From Octopus sinensis (Eukaryota), in NCBI RefSeq assembly GCF_006345805.1, contig NC_043000.1, forward strand, positions 64,914,001 to 64,978,000: 64,000 nucleotides of DNA. Reading direction: 5' to 3'. The notes beneath the pieces are model-generated. The model saw only the letters and a program-made list of their open reading frames with translations, did not search any database and was not told where the DNA came from. Both the position numbers and the translations under genes were made by a program. Below, piece after piece: positions 39,787 to 51,979 of the stretch (within the stretch, counting starts at the first letter, position 1; every line of letters begins with the position of its first letter).

Positions 39787-40308
39787 AACATGAAGTCTAA
39801 AAATTCTGGCTAAAGAAGATGTTTCAATACATGTGGGTTTGACTGGAGTAAACTAGAGAAATAGAAACTATAGAAAGCCAGGTAAAATCACTACAATAAT
39901 TCATGTTACAAGATAATTATTACCTTCACTCAATACTGTCATTACAGATTGAGGAGGAGTTTGTATGTATTTTGTTGTTGTTGTTGGTCCTGACTGGGAA
40001 GACTTGTGGTTCACTGACTTTTAGATATATATCTTATGTAAATTTATAACATAAGAGTTATTGAATGTGTGTGTATATATATATAATAGTGTAAATATGT
40101 ATGTATCAAGTTGTATATATATAATAGTATTTATATTTGTTTACATGTGTATGTAGTTATAACCTATTATTTCTTTTTATTATTATGAGTATACCTTCTC
40201 TCTCTCTCTATCTATCTATCTATCTACCTATATACATATCTATATATTTATATATATATATATAACAAATGAAAGAAAGAAGATGGAATATACAAGAATT
40301 TATTATTA

Positions 40309-40414
40309 ATCACGACAATTGCTTCGACACATCTAACATCGATTCCTCTTGGGTGGGACACTCAACAATTGGTTCAGGAGCATCTGATAGTGCAGATGTA
40401 TCTCGTCGGGTGAT
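40309..40414 (-). ncRNA. Decayed type I minimal hammerhead ribozyme of PLE type
   Basis: atcac-CCGACGA-gatacatctg-(~57 nt)-tagatgtgtc-GAAG-C-aatt-G-TC-gtgat: helix I 5 bp, helix II 10 bp, palindromic CAATTG, AATAAA downstream. Confidence 0.6.
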
Positions 40415-41117
40415 AAATAAATAAATACAACTCGTTAAAATGACTGCTCGGCAATGTAACTTTCCATTTTGTAGAGAGAAAACAGCCAGACAGAGGAAAT
40501 ATCTTCATTTATACAGAAGATCAAAAATAAAATTGCAGATAACAAAGAGAGAAACGAACATGTAATCCAGCAAGAAAAGTATTGAAAATAACCGTTAACA
40601 GATATGTATGTATAAACACCCTCGGGCGAACTGCATAGCATGAGTACACTCACTCATACACGCATCTGCAAAAATGTGAGCATATGCACATGTGAAGCTT
40701 GGTGCACTCATGATCACAAAGCGAGTTAGTTATAAGAATGGGGAGATTAAAAGTAAACTTAAGTCATCCATACCTTAAAGTAAATTGAATTAACGGCTAC
40801 TCAAAATTCATTATCACTGCATTGCGTGAAAGTACATTTATATGCATGTAGGCATTTCAAGAGCCGTTCAGAAATTCTATTAATTATCTTCTCGTTAGTT
40901 CACAGAATAGACAGGGATTCCTTGGAGCAGAGATGGCAACTCCTGGAAATTATATTGTATGGTTTTGCATACCTTACTATGGACCAGTTAATGCTGTACT
41001 TTTATCCTCCTTCAGTCACCTTACAAAATCTGCCAAAGATGTTGAATGTCTCTTATTGATTGTCTATACATACTAGACTATCTCTGATCCTTTTGGGTCA
41101 CCAGCAGTTCAAGCTAC

Positions 41118-41375
41118 TCGAAAAAACTGCATATCTCAGGTATCTGTGGTCTGATTTACGCAAAACTCACGAAACAAAAACTCTGTTGGTGGAAAACTCA
41201 GAGTTTCTTGAGAAACTCTGAGGTCCCCACATGAAATAACATATGTATTCACATTTCAATGTTACCTTACTTTCAAAGCATTTTCCCCATTATACACCAG
41301 TTTGTCTATTTATAAAGGTACCCGAAAAAACTGCATATCTCGGTAACCCATGGTCCAATTTACACATAACTTGTT
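41118..41375. mobile_element. Probable DNA-transposon/MITE remnant with a repeated cgaaaaaactgcatatctc motif and a 12-bp hairpin at 41197-41222
   Basis: Motif at ~41118 and ~41323; ctcagagtttct-tg-agaaactctgag. Confidence 0.4.
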
Positions 41376-41651
41376 TTATTTTGTTTGTATTCATATGAGC
41401 ACCTAATTCATAATACCCTGTTAGATGACACTTCTTAGTATGCTGCTTTGTGCTGGTTATAAGCATACTTATCCAATTCTGACCAATTTCAAATAGAACA
41501 GGGTACTCCCATGGTTGTGAGATTAGGCCTGGCCATCAATACTAAGATGGAATTTGAGTTCAGAATGTAAAAATATGGAACTAATACTGCAATATGGAAC
41601 TAATTCAGCACTTTAACAATTTAGCTATTCCACCTCCCATGATTGTGAATG

Positions 41652-41957
41652 ACCTCCTTTGGTCACAAATGATCATGGGATAGCACTTAGAAAGTTCCTC
41701 TCTGAGGCACAGGTCTGGGCAAGGTTTATGAAAGACCAGCAGTCACTCATGCATACCAGCCACCCATCTCCACACCACTGAGGGAAAGGCAAAGGCTTGG
41801 CACCAGTGATATTGCAAATCATTTCTACAGTTGAGTGGACTGAAGCAATGTGAAATAAAATGTCTTGCTCAAGAACACAACACACAGCACGATCCAGGAA
41901 TCAAACTCACTACTTCATGATTGTGAGGCTGACGCTCTAACCACTGAGCCATGCACC
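41652..41957 (-). mobile_element. SINE family C (homologue of 9867-10205)
   Basis: Reverse complement of the same head, CORE-like domain and 3' end. Confidence 0.85.
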
Positions 41958-41978
41958 TTCACTCCCATCCAAGATAAG

Positions 41979-42058
41979 TAAGGTCTAGTTTAACTTGCAT
42001 CCTTTCTGGGTCAATAATTGTATTGACCCAGAAAAGATGCAAGTTAAACTAGACCTTA
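41979..42058. repeat. 80-bp fold-back palindrome made from the SINE B Deu/Nin-like domain
   Basis: 38-bp arms, 1 mismatch, 4-nt loop ATTG. Confidence 0.95.
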
Positions 42059-43915
42059 GCAGGATTTGAACCCAGCTCAGAGTCCCAGAATACATGACAA
42101 TTTACTTGACATTTTAATGATTTTGCCAGCAAATTGCATCTAGAAGACAGGTTTTACTCCAAGTAGATCCAGTTTATTTATATCACTAATGTCTATAAAC
42201 TAATACCCAGAACTTTTAACTGTCTATTCCATCTCTTTAAAACCTTGGTCATTCTATTTTCATGTACTCGCATAGACAACAGATCACAGCATCTGGTGTA
42301 ATATGAGCAGCTTCATTTTTGCTTTCAATTCTATTTATTTTTAAAGGAACCTAAAACAAAGAAACAAGTAAATTTATCATTAATGATTTCCAAAAATAAC
42401 ATTATTGGATTTCAAGAAGTTTTATTTATATTCAATAATACCAAAATATTTTGAAAAATATTAAGTGCTTTTTATTTAATTTTCTTTTTTTTTTTTTACT
42501 ATATGCATAGACCCCATATATAATTTGGAATAAGGAAAAAGAAAGCTCTTGCTTTTCCCAAAGACATTAGTGGTAGAAATGTAATGAATTGGCCTCAAAT
42601 GAGAATAAAAACTACCTTACTGACTGAATTCTGTGTACCAGGAATTTATATTTTTCCCTTTGGTTTTGGCTGCATGTAAAAAAAAAATAATGAAAATTTA
42701 ATAAGCAAATAAATCACTTCTTGAATCCATATTTCAAATGATGTATTTTTCTATTTTTTGTTTGTTTTAGTATTATTATGTTTCTCACATACACAAAATA
42801 GAAAAAAAAAATTATAGCAATTGATAATGAATATTTTCCTAATCTTTTTTAATATTTTCTTCTGTTTTTATTGTATAGTTTTAATCAGATGATTTGTAAA
42901 AGTGTAATTTCATCCCATTAAAAATGTGTCCACCTCAGCTGTCACACGATACTGACAGCTAGCTAGTTGTAGATTAAAGACAGCTATTGGATACTGAATA
43001 TCTGAGTGAAGTTGTTTTTCACAGCCTGGCATATGCCTAGGCTAGCAGGAAATTGAATTGAAATGTAGTAATTGAGCATTGCTGCAAGATTCCTGATTGC
43101 AAGCCTTAGGGAAAGGTTCCTCTATAGAGGAAAAAAAATTCCTAGTAGAATGCTAAAATATAAAGCTGTGAGAAATTGGAGTCATTGAAAACATAAAAAT
43201 TTGAGAGGCAGAAAAAAAATGGATGGCAAAAAGAATATGGAGTGTTTGGGAGGAAAATAGATGTATTTTGTGATAAAGGCTACCAGATATGGGAAGCAGA
43301 GATTGAAAATGATAAATGAGAAGTGTTCATGATAGTGTTTCTGATAATAAAGATAAATCAAGATTTGATTTGATATAAAAGCATGAAGCATAACATAAGT
43401 TTCTTTGCACTCACTGATAATATATAAAAGATATTTTACTATAGAAGACTTAATAGAGTATAATTTTAGAATATGTGATATCAAGCTGAAACTCCAGTGA
43501 ACTATTTAAGAACCAAGCCAAACCAATACTGATTTTATCAGTTGGATTAGCAAGTATTCTAAGTTTAGTCAACATGGAAATACATAGCCCTTGTAACATA
43601 TGTTTTATTCTTGCACATGAACTTACAACATTTTTACTGTTATACAAACATATGTGCTACTGGTTTTTCTAATATATTTGTAAGACTACTAAAGATTTAC
43701 CTCAAAGTGAGTGAATGATAACATTAATAGCATACAACAGGCTTCTGCACAATTTTAATCTACCAAATTCCCTCATGCATTGGTCAGCTCTATAGTAGAA
43801 GACACCAGTAGTAGAGGCTTTAGTAGAAGACATTTGCCCAGGATGACATGCAGTGAGACTGAACTTGAGACCATGTGATTGCAAGTAAAGGCTTTAACCT
43901 CACACACATACATAC

Positions 43916-43946
<31 letters not shown>

Positions 43947-44593
43947 TGTATGTATGTATGTATGTATGTATGTATGTATGAATGTATGTATGTATGTATG
44001 TATGTATGTATGTATGTGTGCATGTATACATTCATATATATGTGTGTGTTTGTATTTGTGTATCTGGCTTTATACTGACATTGATTGCAAACTGGTGTTT
44101 TTGTTCATGTTTCATAACTTAACAGTTTGATAAATAGAAACAAAGATAAGTATAAGATTAAAATTTAAAAAAAAGATTTGATAGGATCAATTAAAATCCT
44201 TTAAGGCGGTGTCCAAACATGACTATAATCCAAAGACTGAAACAAGTAAAAGAGTATTCTACACTAGAGAGGTAGCTCATATTAAAACACTTGACTGTCA
44301 TAATATAAACTCTTACATGTGACTTCAAGCACAACACAAGGAACTCTCTTCTTTATTTTTGAAAAGAACTTGAACTTCCAAATATCTGAGATCTCTTCTT
44401 TTTCTCAAGGGGTGAATTGGCAGAATCCTTAGAGTGTAAGATAAAATGCCTTGTAGTGTTTGTTATTGTTTACCTCACTCTGAGATCAAATTCTGCTTAG
44501 GTTAACTTTGGATTTTATCTTTTTTAGCAGGGTTGATAAAATAAGGTGCCAGCCAAGAATAGTGGATCAGCAGAATTCTTAGAACATAGAATA

Positions 44594-44810
44594 CATTCTA
44601 CTATAGGCACAAAGCCTGAAGTTTTGGGGGAGATGGGCACTTGTCAATTGCATCAACTCCAATGCTCAACTGGTACTTATTTTGCTGATCCCCAAAAGGA
44701 TGAAAGACAAAGTCAACCTTAGTGGAATTTGAACTAAGAACTTAAACTTGGAAAATATACCATTAAGTGTTATGTCAAACATGATAATGATTCTGCAAGC
44801 TGGCCACCAT
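44594..44810 (-). mobile_element. SINE family B with perfect 22-bp TSD, nested in another SINE B head
   Basis: agaattcttagaacatagaata at 44572-44593 and 44811-44832. Confidence 0.85.
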
Positions 44811-46610
44811 AGAATTCTTAGAACATAGAATAAAAAGCATTGCAGCATATGTTCCAGTTTAATGCACAATGAGTTCAAATCATGTTAAGATCAACTTTGG
44901 CTTTCAGCCTTTCAGGGTCAATAAAATAAAGTTCCAGTAATGGATGGGTTGGATTTTTAGAGTGTCCGCTCTTTGTGTTCTGAATTCTAGGGTGATGGAC
45001 TTACAACAGTTGTAAGCAACAGGGCCAGATCTCTGATTTGTGGTTAACTTCCCTCCTTTTCATGACTCTGAAGAAAATGTAAGGTCATAGCTCCCCCTTC
45101 CTCACTGATAAAGCAATAAAATTAAAAAAAAACCCCAAAACTACATATATTTAAATAACATTTCAAATAACTGAATGTTATTTTGAGGAAGGAAACTTAC
45201 ATATAATAGAGCTAGTAGTAAAAAAAGCAAAACTTTCAAGATGAAACATTTTCGATATGAAATAAGCAATTGAATTTTGTAACAGATCATTGAACAGCTG
45301 GCATCATATTTCTAATAAAGCAACGATTTGATTTAAAAGAACACTTACCAAATGAATTTGTGTGAAAAGGAAAAGAAAAAAGAAAACACATTCCAAAATT
45401 TCTTCCAGACTGTAATTATTTTCTGTCTATAAGAAAAGTCATGCTTCATAAAATGTTTAATTAATAAACCTCAGGTTAGATCATGCTGACGATTTCTAGA
45501 AAGAATAAAACAGTGCTATACATGATTACTACTGACTAGAAATTTTAAGAACTTCATCATTAATAAACATAAATAAATAAATGTGTATTCTATGCATCTT
45601 TTTCTTTATAACTCCTTAATTTTAATTCTGAATTTCCAATCTTGCCAAATGTTATGAAAAATTTATTATTTCCCTCATAACAGTCCATTAGGGGATAATA
45701 CATGTGTAAACATATTTAACTTGGTGGAAATGTTGAGTCCTGCCGCTAACAGTGAGATAAAATATAAAAGTATAAAAATTTGGGAAGAAAATTCTTTCTA
45801 TTCATTACAATTTTCATCGCTGTTTTAGTTGTTGAGTCTCAAGTTAACCCAGACTGAGCAGAGCTTTGATCTTTCCAGCCATAATCATCCTAAAAGAGTG
45901 ATGGCCTACGTATATGTAAGGCTACATTGTCTGTTCAGTATATCCCAAAGGATATGATTTGAGGTTGATAAGGCTGTTATTTCTTGTAGGTCAAGTAATT
46001 TTGTAGAAGTTCTCTCTCTTACTTGGTTTTATCAAAGCAGACCTATGATAAAAAGCTTTCTAGTTACAACCATCTTGTCTTTTTTATATATCCATGCCTA
46101 CATTAGGATAGGACAAAGGATAAAGTACCTTCCTGAATCATATAAATTCATAAGGCGGGTTTCCCAGTTTCCATGGCATATATATTCCCAACCTGGATAA
46201 GATGCCAGTCCATTGCAGGATTACTCACTTTTGTCAGTTAAGTGGACTGGAGCAATGTAAAATTAAGGGTTTTGCTCAAGAACACAACAGGTCGCCAGGT
46301 CAAGGTACTGAAACCACAATCTACAATCACCCCTAACCACTAAGCCACATGCCTCCACTGCCTACATTACTCAATGTATTTTTCCTTTTAAGATAGTAGT
46401 AAATGATTTGAGAAAGATATAGCAGGGTGAATGACTATATTAAAGCGCTCATTTATCTTCCTGAAGTCCTTGAAGGTTTTATAAGATTCATAATTGTATG
46501 ACACTCCTGTATTCTAAAATCTAAGAATCTGAACAATTCTGAAGACACGGATTCATAACAATGTGGGAGTAATAACTTATACTGCATATTGAGTAGAAAT
46601 AGCAGCCAAA

Positions 46611-46665
<55 letters not shown>

Positions 46666-47059
46666 CTCTCTCTCTCTCTCTCATACCATTCCACTGTCTG
46701 GAAAGACAGTTGGATAATGTAATCTTAGATAAAGTATGCGTGACAAATAAAAAATGAGATGGTCATATGTAGAATGATTTTGAACATAGACAGGCTTGAA
46801 TCAGCCTGGCCTAGGGCTAAAAAGACAACTGTTCATTAATCATGTAAGATAAATGAAATTATCATGTATATTGCAAAGGAAAATGAAAAGACTAGAATTG
46901 GATACTTATAGGATTTATTAACTGAGTATATTAAAAAACAACAAAAAACGAACAATTTGGTGGAACTTTAAGAGTCTTTTTACCATAGTCTTTAGCTGAT
47001 CAGTGCCTTGCAAGTGAAAGTTAGAAGATAGATATCCTGCAAAAGCCAAAGATGATGTT

Positions 47060-47212
47060 CTGATTATCTGATGAATGGCTTTCTTTATTTGCATTCATCT
47101 GTGAATATACAATTGTATTGTATAATGCTGAGCATATATATTGATGCAAACGTACAAATAATTTTTGCATACTGAAATTAATACATGAAGGTTATGAAAC
47201 AGTTGTAATCAA
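47060..47212 (+). ncRNA. Candidate decayed PLE-type hammerhead
   Basis: CTGATGA(47068)-atggctttc...gaaggttat-GAAA-C-agtt-G-TA; helix II 9 bp with 3 GU pairs; helix I poor. Confidence 0.35.
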
Positions 47213-47279
47213 AAGGAAGTCATATGGAAAAATAAATCTACCTTCACCTCTCACACTTCCTGACTTTCTGCTTTACTAA

Positions 47280-47535
47280 TTAATGTCCATTTTCCATGCT
47301 GGCATGGATTAGACAGTTTGACCAGAACTGGTCAGCCAGAGAACTGTATTAGGCTCCAATCATCTGTTTTGGTTTGGTTCCTATGGCTAGATGCCCTTCC
47401 TAACACCAACCAGTTTCCAGAGTGTACTAGGTATCTATTACATCTCACCAGCATGGATGCCCTTTTATGTGTTACTGGCACAGTGCCTTTTATGTGTCAC
47501 CAGCATGGGTGCCTTATATGTATCACTGGCACTTT
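47280..47535 (-). mobile_element. RTE LINE 3' UTR fragment
   Basis: Homologous to 23070-23300 (ttccatgctggcatgg...gatgcccttcctaa). Confidence 0.8.
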
Positions 47536-47795
47536 CCAAGAATTTATCTTGTGTAGACAAGATTATATTGGCTGATAAAATTTTGTCAGAGCCAGTGGAT
47601 GGAACTGTTGTATCATGTGATTCTACCATAAATTGTAGATCACCAGCAACAGCTGATCACCTGCCAAAAACAAAATGCCAGGCCAAAGACCAGTCAAACG
47701 GATATAGTTTAACAGTCTACACCACAGTCTACAGCATTCTAAACAACATATCAAAATTAGGTTGGATGTGCTAATTAATATTCGCTAATAGTTGC

Positions 47796-47855
<60 letters not shown>

Positions 47856-47976
47856 TACTATAAATATATATATATACTTCCACTTACCTTATACGGATTC
47901 TTATTGCCTCTTTTCATGCTCCCCTCCTCCATCCCTGTACCATTCCTTCAGTGTTCTGCTTTGTTATAACCAGAAA

Positions 47977-48100
47977 TGGCTCTGCTGAAAGAAGCATTAA
48001 TTTCAGAGGTTGTTCAATTTCTCTCAACTGATCAATAGGCCGATCGTGTAAACCTATCAATACCGAACCTATAATGACTACTGGAAACAGCTGTAAGCTA
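47977..48100 (+). ncRNA. Candidate PLE-type hammerhead with CUGCUGA (A6C) core
   Basis: tggct-CTGCTGA-aagaagcatta...taatgactactg-GAAA-C-agct-G-TA-agcta; palindromic CAGCTG. Confidence 0.45.
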
Positions 48101-48152
48101 AATTTACTACAAAGAAGAAATGTAATGACCTATATTTATACCTTGTCTTGTA

Positions 48153-48188
<36 letters not shown>

Positions 48189-48541
48189 TATATATATTTA
48201 TGTATGTATTTACATTTACACACTCACACACACATACATACATATTACAACTGAGGAAATGATCTCTTACAAATGCACAATTGTTTCTGCACATCTTTGT
48301 TCGTTTGAGATTTTTAATAAAAATACAATAACATTGAAATGACTGTACACTTGTAAGATATCATTTCATTAATAAAATATCCATAAACTTTACATACATT
48401 GACTTTAGTCTCTTTGATTTTTCAGCACAAATTATAGTATAAACACATATACCCACATGTAAAATATGTGTGTACGTAAATATATGTGCTATCCAACCAT
48501 TACCATTATGATAAGCATATAAAATGATAATGATGATACTT

Positions 48542-48575
<34 letters not shown>

Positions 48576-48987
48576 AATGTATGTGCTGGATAGTAGTTGG
48601 TGTGTTGAATAGAAACATCATAAGATCACACCCTACTGTCTTAAAAAACAACAACAGAAAGCATGTTGAATAATCATGAGTCTAACAGAATTTTGATTAG
48701 GTAGGGTTCTCAATTATTAAAATAGATTCCAAGCCTTTAGCTATCTCATTTGCATAAAATACAAAATTAAAATACTTTTAGATAATAATCATATATGTAG
48801 AGTGTTGCAGGGAAGAGGGCATTCAAATCTGTCAGCTCCACCCATGTCTAGATTAGATATCTATCTATCTTTCTATCTACCTACCTTATCATTTATTATT
48901 GCTATTTTATCTGTTTGCTGTCTGTCAGTCAGTCTAAACATCTACTTAACTCTTATCACCTCTACTGTCAATAAACATAGTTAAATA

Positions 48988-49555
48988 TTAGGTGCAGGTG
49001 TGGCTGTGTTCTTAGGAAACTTGATTTGCAACCATGTGGTTTTGGGTTTAGTCCCATGGTACAATGTCTTGGACAAGTGTTTTCCACTATAGCTCTGGGT
49101 CAACCAGTGCCTTGTGAGAGAATTTAGTTGACAGAAACTGTGTGGAAAATCATCATATATCATCATCATCATCATCCCTTAATGCCCATTTTCCATGCTG
49201 GTATGAGTTTGACAGTTTGACCAAAGCCAGGAAGCTGCATCAAGTTCCAATTTGATTTGGCTTGGTTTCTACAGCTGGTTGTCCTTCCTAATGCCAACCA
49301 CTTTACAGAGTGTTCTGGGCGCTTTTTATGTTGCACCAGCATAGGGCTCTTGCAGGCCAATCCTCTTCAGCAGGGGTAGTGGCATGTGTGTTTATCTTTG
49401 TGTTTGTCCCCATCGTCACCTGATAATTGTTGTTCATTTGTTTACTACCCTATAACTAAAAAAAACTGACCTGTTTTTATCAGACTTAAAAAAATAAAAG
49501 TACCAGGGTCAGTTTGTTTAATTAAACCCTTCAATGACTGAAACAAGCAAAAGAT
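48988..49555 (+). mobile_element. SINE family A split by a minus-strand RTE 3' fragment (~49163-49345)
   Basis: Head 48988-49160, (CAT)n plus RTE tail, then the SINE 3' half 49370-49555. Confidence 0.75.
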
Positions 49556-51627
49556 TAAAATTTAAACCAGCAGGAAAACTATTTGACAATTTTTATGTTT
49601 TGATAGTTTTTGACATGTCATTTCGTTAATGTCAATTTCTTACATAGCTACAAACTACTACATGTAACTACATACTATATAGTATACTCCATCTCACTAG
49701 AAAACCATACTCCATATCACTAGAAAAACAATTATACCCACAAAACAATTTTAGTACTATAACAATAAAGGCAGGCTCTGATACTGTAACGACTAAATGT
49801 GTGGTTTGTAGACTGATTTGTTTCACCTAACCAGATTTATTTTAAAATAGTTTAAAATGTCTTACATAAGCACAAGGTTTGGCGCAGGGTATAGTTGATC
49901 ATACTGACCTCAGTATTTGAGGGTATGTTATATTACCAACCTCAGAAATATGAAAGGTAGAGTCTAAAATATTACTGAGTAACTATTATTGTATATATAA
50001 CTAAGTGTATTAAAGTGTGTGTGTGTATGGATGGATGGATGAATGGAAATAGTGTATTGATATATATACATATATTTACTTATGTGCATGTATATACATA
50101 TACATTCATATCTACATATATGGATGCAAGCATACACACACACATGCACAAATAGATAGATAGATAGATAGATGTTCTGAGTCCAAATTCCATTCAAGTG
50201 GACTTCACTGTTTACCTTCCAGAGGTCAATAAAACCAGTGCCAGTCAAATGCTAAGGACAATCTAACTGACTATATCAATGAATATGGTTGCCCCAGGAT
50301 GTTCATAGCTCCCAAATGATTGAAACAAGTAAAGGAACAAAATAGAATAAATAAAGGAACAGAATACAATACTTGCATACACTTATATGTATTGACTTTT
50401 ACTCATTGTCACTATTTTACTAACTCCAGTTCCCAACATCAGCATTAGTTTAACAGTTATTTGTAATGTTGCTAAATTTTCTTTTAACCCTTTGCATGTC
50501 CAAAGCATTTTTATAAGTTTGTCCTCAACATCCAATTTTATTTTCAGACCTTTAGTTAGCTTGTTTCATATCTTCTGAGTAATATAAATCTTTCCTTTCA
50601 AAAGTACCAAGTTACACTTATGGCAGAAAAAATTGAGAATGTATATCGTATGATGCAGGGATGCCAGGGTAATATGTCCTGTGTATCACATCTGACATAC
50701 AGGACAGACAAAGAGTCAAAAAGTACTCCCCTCCTGGGGTAATCAATATTACAAAGAGGGCCAAAGATGTTTATCGTACAGTTAGTATAAAAGAAATAGG
50801 CCTTTGTAGGTTAAGGATCCTCTTTGTCTTCTATGTTTATTTCTATTTTGAGATCATCTCTCTTTTAATGAAGTAGTGGTCAATATAGCATAAGGTGGGA
50901 AGTACATTTGCTTTATGAGAAAATACAAAAGAATGTATTGTAGTTAATAGAGAGACAATGCAATACAGTAGTAGGGTGAGAAGAAGGGAGAAGGGAGGAG
51001 AGAGGAGAGAGAGAGAGTAATGGAATGTTCAGCTTGGTTGTGTACAACATTGTCAAGAAGGTTAAAGAGCGTTACTGATAAGAAAGGTGATTGGTGGAAG
51101 ACTGCCAAGGAAATAAAGAGCTTGAAAAGTGAGGAATAGTGTAATAGATTATAGAAGAAACATTCAAGAAAATGGTGATGCAGGGATGGTATATTAGGAA
51201 ATTAACCCAGTAACACACCATATGACACAGCCTATAGAAAGTAACATAAGAACAATAATGAAAGCAAGAAATGATACCCTACCTTATTAGCAGTGTTTCT
51301 GAGACTGACAAATACCAGATCCTGCACCAAAAAAATAAGGAATTTTTTTTGTTTCATTCACCCATCTTTATTTGTGAGAGGATAAAACAGAGTTTGCATT
51401 CATAGACTTCATTCTTTGTCTTGATTTTAGACAGCTTTTAAAAACTTAAAACCATTTTGATTTTATTAAACAAGACAATGTGTCTGCTCTTTTATCAGTC
51501 TTCACATCCTTTGAAAAACACCGTTTTATAGCAGTTAGTTGTGTTTTTCTTTATGTTCTGGTTTCAAATCCACCTAATGTTGATTTTATCATTTATCATT
51601 TCAGAGGCCAACAAAATATAAGAACCA

Positions 51628-51710
<83 letters not shown>

Positions 51711-51887
51711 ACGCACACACATTTGTGTAATTGAATTGACTCAATTCCTCTCCTACATTTTGTAGCCATATAAGCCAATGTGATAAATCGAAATTTATTG
51801 ACATAGAGACAAATAACAAACAAGATAAGACAAAGTCTCTTATTCTTTTGATATTAGTTGCTCTTTCTAGAAGGTTGAGCGACTTAC

Positions 51888-51979
51888 GCAGACATTGGGC
51901 CAAGATCATCATATTTGCCCTTGATATGATCCATAACTGAGTTTTGCATATTCTGGAATCTGGAGACTTGGGAAAAACA
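51888..51979 (-). CDS. Candidate coding exon CFSQVSRFQNMQNSVMDHIKGKYDDLGPMS(A); weak resemblance to the SLC13/Indy loop YxxLGPMS
   Basis: Strong acceptor ttattttttgtctttttcttccaaAG, alternative acceptor at 51960, donor GC|GTAAGT, open frame. Confidence 0.35.

Noticed and set aside
42250-42350. Minus-strand strong acceptor with frame VPLKINRIESKNEAAHITPDAVICCL
   Set aside because: Only a weak donor and no recognisable protein
14134-47036. Further small minus-strand exon-like segments (14134-14162 QQEFENLAM, 20078-20134, 46984-47036)
   Set aside because: Expected by chance in AT-rich DNA; they have no homology and cannot be linked into a gene
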